From the human T2T-CHM13v2.0 reference genome, Homo sapiens, in the NCBI RefSeq assembly GCF_009914755.1, contig NC_060925.1: a DNA stretch of 64,000 nt; one strand, 5' to 3'. Both the position numbers and the translations under genes were made by a program. Below the pieces are notes generated by a model that saw only the letters and a list, made by a program, of their open reading frames with translations, made no database searches and was not told the DNA's origin. This document shows, piece after piece, positions 1-13,394 of this stretch (its first letter is position 1; each line of letters starts with the position of its first letter).

Positions 1-2246
1 GGAGGCTTTTCTTTTTGCCAGTTTTGACATCTCTGTGCTTTGCACATTAACAGGCTCACCACTTGACACTATGTCTGATCCATCCACTGCTCTGCAGAGG
101 TGTCAAGCAAACTTGCTAGAGATACTAAGGGCCCAATTATGGTGCCCAGTTTATACTTGGATCTTGACAGATGCTGGAAACCTTTTAGAATCTGGGATGA
201 TTAGTGCAGACCTTCCCTTGCTTGCAAGCAGCCTGGAACCTTGCACTCGTTTTATCGGTATCCAATATATCCTTATTGAATGGCCTTTCCCAATGAAGCC
301 CATAGGGGCAGTCAAAGGCTCAATGACAAGGAGCCTGAGGCCCAGAAAGAAAGGTAACTTGCTTGAAATTATACTTCAAGCTGGTAACAAGTCTTCAGTT
401 TCTTAGGAATCATGCTCAAAATAAGAAATTCAGGCAGGTCAGGGCAAGAGCAGCAAGCCAGCCGGAATTTGTTGGATGAGGAAAAGAGAACAAATTAAAG
501 AGAACGCTGTCCAAATGTTGGTGGTGCTGATTTCTGGCACAATTACTCTGCCTTCTGCTGCCCATATACGAAGGCCAGAAGTCTAAAACAGACTCTCTCA
601 ATATCACCTAATTAATCAATTTCTTAATCTCCAGGGGTATCTCCTCACATAGATAGCTGAGAAATAGTGTGTAGATAGATATTCAAGGAAGGTGGTGGTG
701 GGCAGTGGTGGTTAAAAACCTTTAAAAAGAACAAACTAATCTGATCAAAGAAACTGAAAAAGAAAGAATAAGGGAAACCCAACAAGAAGTGGGCCTGAAG
801 GGGACTTATTTCAGGAGGGAGAAGGACTGTCCAGGGCCTGGATTCAGGGCCCAGGGCACACAGGCCAGGAGTAGATGGAAGATCAGTTATCCAATCAGGT
901 ATGAAAATCCTTGATAAGCTGGGAAGTAAAACTCTGAGTCACTTGAGATGGCCACTTGAAGAGGCCTAATGCCATTTATCTACTCTGTCATTTTACAAGG
1001 GATCAGACCAAGGATTTGACCAGTGAAGGGGGTTACAGATCTGCATCTAGCTCTCTCCCTGTTCCAACTCACCTTGGAGTTGGAAAAGAGGGTAAAGTCC
1101 AGGGAATAAAAGTAGCTATAGATGCCCACTAGGATTTGGAGAGAATTTTCTTGTAAGGGGGAGATGTCTTTAAACACCAAAGCAGAAGCCAAATCTGATC
1201 CTGGGACTTAGACTCATATTTACTGCCCTTTCTGCTGAGAAGAGCTTGAAAAACAAAACACAAGAGCTTGAAAAACCAACCCCAAGACTTGCTAAACTTA
1301 AGGATTTTCTCCCCATTCTCCATATTTGTCTCAGTTCCTTCTGGCTAAGCTCCAATCCTTAGTGTCTGCTCTCTGTACTTACTGAGAACACAGAAACATA
1401 TATAATCTGAAACTTGGAAAGGAGTTTAGAGATCTTCTAATTCAATCTTTCATTCAAAGTGGAACTCCTCAACACCAGTCTTGACAAGAGGTCACCCAGG
1501 CTTTGAACTTTTGCAATAATGAAGAACTAATTACTTTTCCATGCAATCAGACTATCAGAGACACCAACTGTGAAAAAGTCTGCCTCAGAATTAAGCCCAA
1601 ATCTTTAACTCCCATACCTGGGTCCTCATTTTGCCTTCTGAAGAAACACAGAAATTTATTACATCTTTTTATAAGGGATGATCCTGCAGATAGTTGAAGA
1701 CAACCAGCAAGCCCCTCTTCAACTTTCCCAGTAGGACATGGGCCAGGCCCTCCATCAGCCAGGATGTCCAGCTGTGGACATGCTTCAGTCTGTCAATATC
1801 CTTCTTAAAATGTGGGCCCTGTTATGAGTGCAGAGAAGCCAACCCATTGCATCCAATGGGTTCAGACCAACTTGGAAGAACAGGAGGCAACCTGGATCCC
1901 TGGGGCTTGGAGGGTACTCAGTGCCTCTAAGAGTTAAGCTGAGAGCTGTTTCTCAGAGAAACGCCAGGCAGATCATCCTCCAAAGCAACCTACAGAGATT
2001 GAGGCAGCGCTGGGGGCCAGGGATCTGGGAGGGAGTCAGCCACATCTAGCTGAGGGTCTAATTCCTGACCTTTGGAAGCTCTGCATTCAGATCTTTGTGC
2101 TGGCCCCTGCGGGGAGCCTCCGTGGCTTGACAATGGGTGGGTAGGCGGTTGGAGGGCAGGGAGAGGATCATTTTTAGTTGTTGATTTTACCAACAGATAT
2201 TCAGAAAATCAGTATTTGTGTCATTTTATGTATATCCAGATCCATC

Positions 2247-2865
2247 TGTCAGAGGTGTTTGAACCAGAGCAAGTCCATCTTTAACAGGGGTTGCGTAAAA
2301 TAAGGCTGAGACCTACTGGACTGCATTCCCAGGGGGTTAGGCATTCTAAGTCACAGAATAAGATAGGAGGTTGGCACAAGAAACAGGTCACAAAGACCCT
2401 GCTGATAAAACAGGATGCGGTAAAGAAGCTGGCCAAAACCAAGATGGCAATGAAAGTGACCTCTGGTCATCCTCACTGCTCATTATATTCTAATTATAAT
2501 CATTAGCATACTAAAAGACACTCCCACCAATGCCATGACAGTTAAGAAATGCCATGGCAACATCCGGAAGTTACCTTATATAGTCTAAGAAGGGTAGGAA
2601 CCCTTAGTTCTGGGACATCCCTGCCCTTTTCCCAGAAAACTTATGAATAATCCACCACTTGTTTAGCATATAATCAAGATATAACTACAAGCATATTTAG
2701 TCGAGCAGTCCATGCTGCTGCTCTGCCTATGGAGGAGCCATTCTTTTATTCCTTTACTTTCTTAATAAACTTGCTTTCACTTTATAGGCTCACCTCAAAT
2801 TCTTTCTCGTGTGAAGTCTAAGAACCCTCTCTTGGGGTCTGGATCAGAACCCCTTTCTGGTAACA
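2247..2865 (+). mobile_element. MER41B-like ERV1 solo LTR
   Basis: Starts TGTCAGAGGTGTTTGAACCAGAGC and ends CTGGTAACA. AATAAA at 2764-2769. 4-bp TSD CATC at 2243-2246 and 2866-2869. Confidence 0.92.
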
Positions 2866-3894
2866 CATCTGTGATCATCTAGTGTACCTGCAGGCTCTGT
2901 AAAATTTTTTGATTACCTTGCTGTTGCTTTTTTCTCCAAAGGCATGTGGTAACATCTTCAGAAATCTCTAGGGAATGAAAATTTGGGCATAATGCATGGC
3001 TTTATGTCCTGAAGGATGTTGAAGTTCACATGGGTGGATCCTGGACAAGAGACTTTTGGTCATCTGAGGTTTGTGACAAGTCAACATGAATCCTGAAGAA
3101 CCAAGTCATGGGTACTGTCTCTGCCACATCCCTGTCTGGAACTGGGCACTGCCAGTTTGGGCCGCCTGCCTTCTTGGGGCTCCCCATGTTTCCTTGTAAG
3201 CCACAGTCCCTGCGGGCAGCTTGGCAATGACTCCCCGTCTCTCGCACCAGCCCGATCGCACTCCCTCCCAGTAATCTGATTTTCTCTGGGCTCCGACTTT
3301 ACAAAGAATCTTCTCAACTGGCAAGATTTTGATAGAAAGTGTTTGTTAAAGAGTCTGGGATGGGTTATGATTCTCAGTCTGTACTCTGTTGGACTCTGTT
3401 AGTTGCTCTCTTAGTTGCTTCCCTGCACCTTCTAGGTTTGTTTCCTGTGAGGGTGGGCTTTTTCTCTTCTGACCTCCAGAAGCCTCCAAGGGCAGTGACC
3501 ATCTCACCTGACAGACCCTGTGGGTAGCGGTATTAGGATCACCACCATTTCCTCATAGCTTCCAGAGGGGCAGATTATAAGGAGCTTGCTGAGTGCTAAC
3601 CTGTTCATGCAAATAGACCCCCAGCGACCCCTGAGCCATTTTATGGCTCAGAAACAGGTTGACAGATGTTGGGTAAATTTCCCAAGATCCCACCTCTGAG
3701 TCTAAGGCCTGTGGATTCTCTCCAGTCTGGCCTTGACTTCTCTATGAGTTCAGGATTCCAAACTCCATCCCCGGTACCCTTCACTTGTCCCTGGTGGCTT
3801 TCCAGTTTAAATAAAGTAAGCATTTCTAGTAAGAGTGTCTTGTACTTTTCCCCACCCCCTGTGAATTGACACAAAAGGAAATCAACATTTAAGT

Positions 3895-4130
3895 TAGTTT
3901 TAATACCAACATATGTTTATTAACCACAGTGTCTTTCATTCAGTGCATTTCCATATGTATTAAGTCATTTTATCCTCTCAGTCACCCTATAAAACTGACC
4001 AAAAAGTGTCCTTATCTGTATTTTGAAGATAAAGGAGCAAAGATCCAGACAGGCTTAGGGACATACTTAGGGTCTCAGTGAATTAATGACCAAGACTGTC
4101 ACTCCCCTGCTAGCCCTCACTCTGCCCTCT
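3895..4130 (-). mobile_element. MIR SINE
   Basis: Degenerate antisense MIR core (cattttatcctctc...gaagataaaggagc). Confidence 0.6.
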
Positions 4131-4284
4131 GATGTAACAGTTCCCAGGCCCAGTCTTTTCTCTGCAGTATCATCATGAGCCCCTCAACATTCCCACACCT
4201 GATGCTACTCTCTGAGATACCAGATATCCTTCTGATATGAGGCCTACTCTAAAAAACAAGCAGATCTCTGCTGCTCAAAGAGAT

Positions 4285-4472
4285 CCAATTTTTGAGTAGT
4301 TATTATGTGCCAGGGGCCCTGCTCTGTCCCATGGCTCTATGAGGTAGCTATCATTATTAGCCCAATTTATAAATGAGGAAACTAAGCATGAGAATAGTTT
4401 AGTGACTTGACTGGGCTCGTAAAGCTAGTATGTGACAGAGCCTGGATTTGGACCAGGAAGTTTTGGCTCAGA
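4285..4472 (-). mobile_element. MIR SINE
   Basis: ctatgaggtagctatcattattagcccaatttataaatgaggaaactaagc core. Confidence 0.8.
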
Positions 4473-4704
4473 GTTGAGACTCCCACGTGGTCTAGGCAGT
4501 ACAGAGTCCCACTTAGTTGCCTGATTTAGACTCCCAAGGGCCGTCGATGAAGCATAGGATCACACGGGTGTATTCACAGCCATGTTGCCCAGCACCGTGG
4601 ATTGAGACTGTGGTCAACTAAAAGCCCTAGATGTCTTTCCCATAAGCTGTGTCTAATTTAGATGCCCCCCCTCGAAAAACACTAACATACTACCCTCGCC
4701 CCTC

Positions 4705-5120
4705 TAGATTGTCAGTTTATCAGACTTTCTTTGATTTTGATGACACTGAGAGTGTTGAAGAGTACTGGTCAGATATTTTGTAGAATGTTCCCCAATTGGA
4801 ATTTGTCTGATATTTTTTTCATAATGAGACTGGGTGTTTTGGGGGGAGACCACAGAGGTGCCGTTCTCATCATGTCATACCGAGGGCACATATGATCCAC
4901 ATGACGCGTCACTGTCGAGGTCAACCTTGCTCACCTGGGCTGAGGTCATTTTGCCAGGCTTCTCCACTGTCAAGTCAGCTTAAAGTTACACTACACCCCT
5001 CCTTTCCGTGATGTACTGTTTGGAAGGAAGTCACTACCTGCAGCCCACACTACGGAGTAGGGAGTGGTACTCCAGCTCCTTGAGGGTGGGACATCTATAT
5101 AAAATACTTGGAATTCTTCT
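4705..5120 (-). mobile_element. L1MC-type 3' UTR fragment
   Basis: agtactggtcagatattttgtagaatgttccccaattggaatttgtctgat resembles an antisense L1MC3/4 3' end. Confidence 0.75.
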
Positions 5121-5280
5121 AGATGTCTCTACACTTTATTCAGGGTAAACCTATCACTCCAGGTGGTGGAGGTCATCTTGAATCCTGCTGCTGTATGCAA
5201 CTGGTAATTTAATTTAATTTTCCCAGGTATGTGCTATGGATGCCTCCATTAACATGGCTTCTATCTTTTACTGTTACTTA

Positions 5281-5652
<372 letters not shown>

Positions 5653-6514
5653 TCACCTTTTAAGATGTTCTGTTGACACTTGGGAAAAAGGGCTGGCACT
5701 TTTGGAGGACAGTTTTGAAGTCAAATGGTTGTACTATTGTCCAGATCACATCTCTGTATTTTACTCACAATGTGATAGGGAATAACTTCATTAATGTTTT
5801 CCTGAAATCACGCTATATGCCAATTCTATTCCCCTTGGGTTCTAAAAAAAAAATACCCTACTAGGAAAAGGAAATCATTTAAATTTTGCATGATTTGTTT
5901 TTAGTGAGCCCCTGCTGGCTCCTGGGTATCTATCTCTTTCCCAAGTGCACACAAACAATCTATTTACTGCTCTATCTTTTTAGAGTTTCATCGGTTTGAC
6001 ATCAGGCTGATCAACCCAGAACGAGAATCTTGCTTTTTGAAAAAGCTGTTTCCAGTCTTTGAGCATGTCCTTTGTTCCATGTGCTTTCTCAACAATTCCC
6101 AGCAACATTTCAGCTATTGTATCTGCCCATTCTTTCAGTCCTGAGACACCAAGTATTTGGGTCTGGAGTCTTGACCTCATTCAAAATTTGTTCCCTTTGG
6201 TGAAAAAGATGGAAGCAAACAAGAAGCAGGTGCTTTTATTTTCCTCACTCTTCTCCAGAGGCCCAGTTCTCCACACAGGTAGGTATGTTGTATTCCTTCC
6301 TGCCCTTCAGCATTATCCTAATTCCCTTTTGTTAGATCTTTCTTTTGGACAAAGCTAACATTATGTCATTTCCCCAAGGAGCAGTCCTTTACCTTGTTCA
6401 TTTTCCTGCTTCAGGCATTACTTAAAAATAACAAAACCACTAAAAGCTAACCTTTATTTAAGGGTTTGATAGTCAGAAAAGGAGAGGAAGAGCATTACAC
6501 GCAGGGAATAATGA

Positions 6515-6740
6515 TACTAATGATGGCTAATATGTATTGAACCAAATGTGCCGGCACTAGGCCAAGCACTTACCATGCATTATCTCATTTATTTTTTACA
6601 ATAACCCTTTGAGAATGGATATCATCTCCATTTTACAGATAAGGAGACAGAGGCTTGGTGAGGTTAAAGAACTTGCCCAAAGTCACAAAGCTGAGATTCA
6701 ACCAGGTAGGTCTGATTCTGAATCCTTACTGTTAACAGTA
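6515..6740 (-). mobile_element. MIR SINE
   Basis: ccattttacagataaggagacagaggcttggtgaggttaaagaacttgcccaaagtcaca. Confidence 0.9.
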
Positions 6741-6810
6741 ACAACCACAGAAATACAAAAGTGCCCTTTTTTGGCTGGAATTCTTTGTTTAAAAAATGGT
6801 TTATTCTGGG

Positions 6811-7175
6811 TGCCTTAGTCCATTCGAGCTGCTATAACAAAATACCATAAACTGGGTGGATTATAAACAACAAACATTTCTTTCTCACAGTTCTGCAGCC
6901 TGGAAAGTCCAAGTTTAAGGTGCCAGCAGATGTGGTGTCCAGCGAGGGCCTGATCGTCAGAGATGGCCGTCCTTGCTGCATCCTCACATGGTGGAAGGTG
7001 GTGAACAAGCTCCCCTGGGCATTTTTTTTAGAAGGAAGGAAACTAATCCCATTCATGAGACGTCTGCAGTTATGACCTAATCACTTCCTAGAGGCCCCAC
7101 CTCTTAATAACTATAGCATTGGAAATTCGGTTCCAACATATGAACTTTTTGGGGACACAACACTGGCCTCAGACC
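6811..7175 (-). mobile_element. MaLR LTR (MLT1A-like)
   Basis: ttagtccattcgagctgctataacaaaataccataaactgggtgg...ttccaacatatgaactttttggggacaca. Confidence 0.85.
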
Positions 7176-7201
7176 TCCAGACACAGTTCTTGCAGAGTAC
7201 T

Positions 7202-7215
7202 GTGCCCCCTGGTGC
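7202..7215 (-). promoter_or_regulatory. Candidate CTCF site
   Basis: Minus strand GCACCAGGGGGCAC, one mismatch to CCRSYAGRKGGCRS; motif only. Confidence 0.4.
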
Positions 7216-8409
7216 TGCTCCTCTGGTATGGAGCCCTCTCATCTTCTGACGGGCCCCGCACCTTTTCCAGGTGGGAACTCCCTGCAAGCATTCTTTGCGT
7301 CTTCATTGGTTCCTCTATGTTAGGTCATTTTAACATTAAGTCTCCAACCCCCTCTAAAATTATACACAAAACATTGTATAGGTGTGTCTTTTTTTTTTTA
7401 ATGGGGGAAGTGTTTAGAGTTTTCATTAGATTCTCAAAGTGATTTATTTTCTGCTCCCCTCCACTGCCCCATTCAGAAATTTGTAAGTCATTGTTTTTGA
7501 TGTATCTTTTCTTAGGTGGGCACGGTTTGTGACTGTAATATAGACATTTCACTTTTATAATCTCCCTGCCCCACCTAAGCTGTATTCCCCTTTGGCTCTT
7601 CTGGCTGTGGAACTGAACTTCCTGCTCCATTGTGCTCTGTAGACTCTCCCTTTATAAAGCCTCAGGCTTATGTCTGAAGATGCCCGGTGTCCCCTCCCCA
7701 GGCTATCAGTCATGCTCGGATGACGTGGCTGCTCCTCTAGCTTCCCATCCCTGCTCTTTTTGGTCACTGCACAAATAATGCAGCAACTACAATGGCCAGG
7801 CACTGTTCTAGGCAGAGGGGACACCACAGTGAAGAAAACAGTCAAGTCCTCATCCTTTGGAGACCAGCAGTCTTCATATCAATGATTCATTCTTTTCTGT
7901 GGATCACAATGAAGTCTAGACTCAGTTCCCCTATTTGTCTGTTCCACCTTTTAAGGGATAAAATTATTAGTGGGTCAAGTAAAAAATTTATCAGCTCTTC
8001 TGCTTTTAGCAGAATACTTGCAGTCATCTAATTAGTCAGAGGCCCTATCACAATTCCTTTCTGTCCTGTGCTGTTGGGACATCGTCATCTGGGAGGCAGT
8101 GTGTGGCATACCCTTCTTCCAATCCTCTCACATGGGCGGCTTCCTCTGGCTCACAGATTCAGACAAGCATGCACCTTTCAGGCACGTAGTGTTTCTCTTT
8201 CTCTGCGCAGTTAGAACTTCCCTCGCTGTACATTTCAGGCCTGCGTTCCATCCAACAGAGAGGAGGACCCATGAGCTTATGTTAACTTGTTTGACCACTC
8301 TCTCTTTCTCAGTAGGTAAATATCAGAAAACGAATTGTTCCTGACTCTTCACCCACTAGTTCCTGAGGCTTGCTGGGCAACTCTTCTGGAAAATTTCTTC
8401 TTTCTCTAG

Positions 8410-8575
8410 AATCAGCATGCTCAATTTAATCGCTATGCAACTCAGAGCAAGTTAAATTCTCTGAGGTGTCTTAAATTCTCTGAGGTGTCTTCATTTATGT
8501 AACAAGGATAATACTACTTATCTTTTGGGGTTGATGTGAAGAGTAAATGAGACAACTGTAAGCAGCTAAATTGCC
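8410..8575 (+). mobile_element. MIR with internal 19-bp tandem duplication
   Basis: MIR core; TTAAATTCTCTGAGGTGTC at 8452-8470 and 8471-8489. Confidence 0.7.
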
Positions 8576-11329
8576 TGTTGCAGAAAATGAGGCCACCACA
8601 TAAGGGCACAGGCCATATCAGTTCCCTGGCTCCTGCTCTGCCAGGCCTGTCTTCCTTTAGTGTGTTTGGCCTTTTCTAGGCATTTCCGTTTCCTCTGCTT
8701 ACATTCACTTTAATGTCTCATTTCAGTGTCTGCTTGTTTGAGGCTGTTTAGGAGAGAAGAAAGAATTTAGAAGGATGGTCAGGTTGGCAGAAGGCTATGC
8801 CCAAGCGGCCCTGGGAGTACAGGCCTGGGGGGGTCAGGGGATGGCTCTTCACTGAGATATGTCATTTCCAACCATTTCTGCTTCTCAGACCCTGCCTCTA
8901 GGCCAGGGCCCATTGGGACTTTGTAGCATAAAAACATGTCCTGGAGAGAGGGAAGGCAGCTGGGAAGCAGGGCACCTGGGAGGCAATATGGGCATCACTG
9001 TGGGTCCCCAGTGTCAACCAGAAAGGGGCCCAGGTGTTTTGGATTCAGGACTGCTCTTGATAAACACGGCATTCGCAGGGGACAGGGACTCACAGAACTC
9101 CAGGCAGAAGGGCTGATGGTGAGGGTGGGTCAGTGCTGGGCTCCACATAGGCCCCAGCTGTCCAGGCCCCCCAACCCACCCTGAGCGGGCCATGCTGCCC
9201 AGATGCCTGCCTGCCCTTTAATTCAGTCATTCCATTTTAGCATCCCTGTGGGGAGCAGTCATGAGGGAAGGTGGGACCTCCCAAAATGTCAGGGTCCTAG
9301 AGTGAGAAAGCAGTGCCACTCTCCCTGGAGAGGTCCAGTGAGGCTCTGACTGGAGAGGAAATGCCACTGAGAGAAGTCCAGGCTGGGAAAGATGCAGTGG
9401 GGGCTGGGAGGGCTGGAAAAACCATCTCAGCTGAGGCTGGGATGACTAGTGAGCAGGGGTGGAAAATGATGCCAAGGAGCTTTCACTCTGGACAGTGACC
9501 AACGGGAGCTCCACGGAGTAGCTAATTAATGCTGTGGCTCTGCCAGCGTGAGTGGCCCCCACCTCCATCTGTAGGACTGTCTCTGTATGGCAGGTGCCTT
9601 TCCAACTCAGTTGTGTATATGATCTGAGAATATGTGGCAGATAGAATGAACCAAGAGGCACTGTCAGAGAAGAGAAAAAGTTGGGGAGGTGGGTACCACA
9701 AACCCAGGGATTCTTTTCAGAAAGGAGAAATCCCAGCTCTCCCCACCTCTTCTGCTTTGGGTCCTTGGATCACGGCAGTCTTTGTGATCAGTTATGAGAC
9801 AGAGAACAAGAGTATAAACGGCATCTTGAGGGCAAAGATTATGCTATGTTTATTTTTGGCATGGTTAGCATCTTTACAGGCATGAGTTCCACCCTTTGCT
9901 GAATGAATGAATAAATGATGCTTGTTATTACATTGTCTGGATTGAGCTCAACTGGGAGCTTCTGCATTGCTTTCATTGTCTTTCTCCCTCTGAGTTATAG
10001 ATTTTTTCCTAGACCTGAGCTCAAGTTGAGCTCAGAAAAATGCTAGCTGGGTTCTGTGGAGTGGATGAGAGAATCAGAACAGTCTCCGGAGTTTGGGGTT
10101 TCCATAGCAAGGCTCTTGGAGCTCCTGCAAGGGACACAGCCCTGTGCACAGACTGACCACTGTGGTTCTGATAGACTCCAGTCCCACCAGAGGCCCTACC
10201 ACGTGGATTTCCTGGAAGCTGTGCACATGGAGAGGGCTGCATTCCCTTGGCTTTTCCCCATGAGTGGCAAGAGAAGGCAAAGGCTGCCCAGTCCCTCCAG
10301 ATGGCATGGGCCCCAAGCTCCCTGTTTCTAGAAAGTGGGGCAGGCCTCAGGGGCCCACAAGGAGAGCTAAAAACAAAGCCTGACTGTTTCTGCTTCTTTG
10401 GAGAGTGTCCAGGTGGCCTCTGGGAATGGGTGAGTGGGGTGTCCACCCTTGCCTGGGTGGACATCTTGCTTTGTTTTGACTTCAGGAGCCAGTGAAGCCC
10501 CTTCTGCCCTGCATTTCAGGGTTCTCTGATGCAGGCATTGGTGCCAGGCTGGAAAGAAGATAGTGATAAGGACAAAATAAGCCCATTGAGAGAATAGAAC
10601 TAGGGTTGCAAAAACATAGGCTCCTCAAATTTGAACCTTGTGTTTCCCCTTACACGGTGTTACTGCTGCTCCTTTGGCGACATTTTGCAATGTTATTTAG
10701 AGATACTGAAAACCCAAGTGCTGGCAGATGATGTAGCAATCATTTTATGTTGGCATAAAATGGGGTCTGGGAATGGAGCTTGGTGGGTAGGCAGGTTTTA
10801 TGTTCTCTGGGACTTTGGCTCACGCTGAGAGTGACAGTAAACATGGCTTCTTCCCCTTTCTCCACCTTCCAATTCCCCATATGGCCCCAGAAGAGAAGTG
10901 GCCTGTACGCAGCAGAGCAGGGGCTCAATGAACACCTCTTGGAGAGAGGAAGAGGTGAGGTGCACAGCAGGAAACGCAGGTTCAGGTGGATGTGTCTCTC
11001 AGGATGGGAGCAAGGCACTCTCTCACTCACTCAACCACTCAACATTTTAAAACGACCTGTGACACGTGGAATGCCAGTGGGGGAAGAACATGAGATGAAA
11101 GCAAATTGGACACCAGCTCTGCCTTCAAGTTCATCATGTCCCTGCAGACCTCTCCAGGACAGAAGCTCACTTTTCCAGGAGGTGGGGAGGCCCCCTCTTT
11201 GATAAGCAATGCCACTTCAGAATTATTCCTTTTATTATTCCTATTTCCATTTTTTAAAGGATCCAGCTTCTTTGATGGATATACAAAGAAGGTACACACG
11301 TCTATCCTCTTTTTGGTCTCTGTCATTTT

Positions 11330-12530
11330 TCAGCTTTCTGGTCGCTGAGAACCTTGGCATCTGCTGTCATCCTACTCTGAGCCCTGCCATCATCCCAGCT
11401 GGCCCCAGGATCCACGGGGACCACTCTAACAACAGCTGTCTGCCCAGGTCCCTGACTATCCTCTGGAAACACTTTCTTCATTCTCCACACAGCTTTTACA
11501 AATGTTCATCCCTTTCCTCAAGCCTCCTCACTCCCATCCCTTCACTTGAGACAGAAGATCTTGCCTCTGATGTTCCACAGAAAATGGTGGCCACCCACCT
11601 CTCCATGTTTGGCATACACACAGCACACAGTTACCTGTGTCCCCTCTCATCCTTCTCTCTCTCCCTCCATGTCACTGGAGAAGGCAGCGTTCCTCCTGTC
11701 AGAGCTAATCCTGCTGGTACACCCAGCATCTTGGTCCCTTCTGCCTCCTCAAGGACTTTGTTCCAGCAATTGTGCCTTCATCAGACATCTTCTTCAACCT
11801 CTCCATCTCTACTATTCTCTCCCAAGCTCAACGCTTGTGCTCCTTCAAGACAAACACACCTCTCTTGACCCTGCATACTGCTGTTATTGTTCCCCTTTCC
11901 TTCATAGCCCAGGTTCTTCAGTGCAGTCCACGTGCATTCTCTCGGCTTCCTTACTTTCCATTCACACTGTAAGCCCTGCCATCTACAGTGAAATGTGTTC
12001 AACAAGGTCACTGATGGCCTCTGATGCTAAATCCAGTGGGCGCTCTTCAGTCTGAAGAGCAAAGTTTTTGGCAGCCTCTTTGCAGCATCTAACACTTGAA
12101 AACTGCCCCTCCTGTTGCAATTCAATTCTCCTGGCTTCTGGGAAACAATTCTCTCCTGGTTTTTCTCCTGCCTTTCTGAGCACACCTCACATTTCTCATA
12201 GGCTCCTCCACCTGCAATTTAAAGGCTCCCCACAGTGCTCTCTTCTCCTACTCCATCCACTCCCAGCTACATGCAGATGATGTCAAGATTGGAATCTTAA
12301 CCTGGATCTTCCTTGGATGCCAGACTTGGCATGTCCAGCTACCTATCCAGTAGCTCCACTCACTTCTGACACCTCAAATGCAGCATATCCCAAATGGAGC
12401 TTTACTGTCTCTCCCCATCACCCTCCCGCCCCCAATACCCCAGGGTCTCCTCCTGTTCTCAAGATTCCCTTCCAGTTATTTAAGTCAGAGACCAAGGAGT
12501 CATCCCTGACTTGTTGCTGTGAGCCACGTG
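11330..12530 (+). mobile_element. L2 LINE ORF2 fragment
   Basis: Pyrimidine-rich L2 texture; degenerate YADD region (atgcagatgat) near 12270. Confidence 0.75.
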
Positions 12531-12539
12531 TGGTTCCAA

Positions 12540-12745
12540 TTGTCTTATATTAACTCTATGGAATACTCACAACAGCCCTGTGAGGTGCTTCTATTATTAT
12601 ATCTTATTCATAGACAAACAGAGTGAGACACAGAGAGATTAAATAACTTACTCAAGGGCACAGAACTAGTAAGTGGCCAGCCTGGGATTTGAACCTAGTG
12701 AGCCTGGTGCTAGACTTCATGCTCTTTCTTACCCACTAACCCCAC
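12540..12745 (-). mobile_element. MIR SINE
   Basis: ctcacaacagccctgtgagg...ctagtaagtggccagcctgggatttgaacc. Confidence 0.85.
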
Positions 12746-12992
12746 TGCCTCTTGGTAACAATTCTGTGGATTCTCCTTCCTGAATAATGCCTTCAACATT
12801 GCTGTCCCCCTGCACCACCATATCCTAAAGGTCTGGTTGGCTTCAGCCTAGTCTCTCTAGAATCCATTCCCAGTGAGTCCCCATATCCTTCCAGATACAA
12901 TCAGAGGCCTCAGTGGGTTTGCAAAGCTCTGTTTTTCTACTTCTCTGGCCCTGCTCCTTGCCTTTCCCTGTTACCTACCAGCACACTAGCAT

Positions 12993-13124
12993 TGTGGTGA
13001 CCATATAATTTATCATCCTAACTGGGATTGTCTGTGAGTGAATGAGGGACTATTTATAATTAAGCTTGGTCAATAAGTGTAAACCAGGACAGTCCCACAC
13101 AAACTAGGATATATGGCCACCCTA
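12993..13124. mobile_element. MER81 hAT-Blackjack MITE
   Basis: TIRs ggtgaccatat...atatggccacc; 8-bp TSD ACTAGCAT (12985-12992) / ACTATCAT (13125-13132). Confidence 0.85.
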
Positions 13125-13312
13125 ACTATCATCCACTTATACTGAAATATTTGCTGTTCTCCAAACACTCCGTGTTCTTTCACTTCTGGGCCACTGAACA
13201 CACAGTTCCCTCTGCCAGAAAAAGCCCATTTATCCTCTTTCGGGAGCTCTTCCCTGATGTTACTTTCCCCGGGTTATGTAAGATACCTTTCCTCTGTACA
13301 CCCATGACACTC

Positions 13313-13313
<1 letters not shown>

Positions 13314-13349
<36 letters not shown>
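13314..13349. repeat. (CTG)12 trinucleotide repeat
   Basis: 12 uninterrupted CTG units. Confidence 0.99.
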
Positions 13350-13394
13350 ATAAAAGAATGGCAGCCAATGTTACCTGGGGGTGGGGTGCAGGAC

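Noticed and set aside
11209-12055. 219-aa and 169-aa ORFs
   Set aside because: Ser/Leu/Pro-rich readings of a decayed pyrimidine-rich L2.
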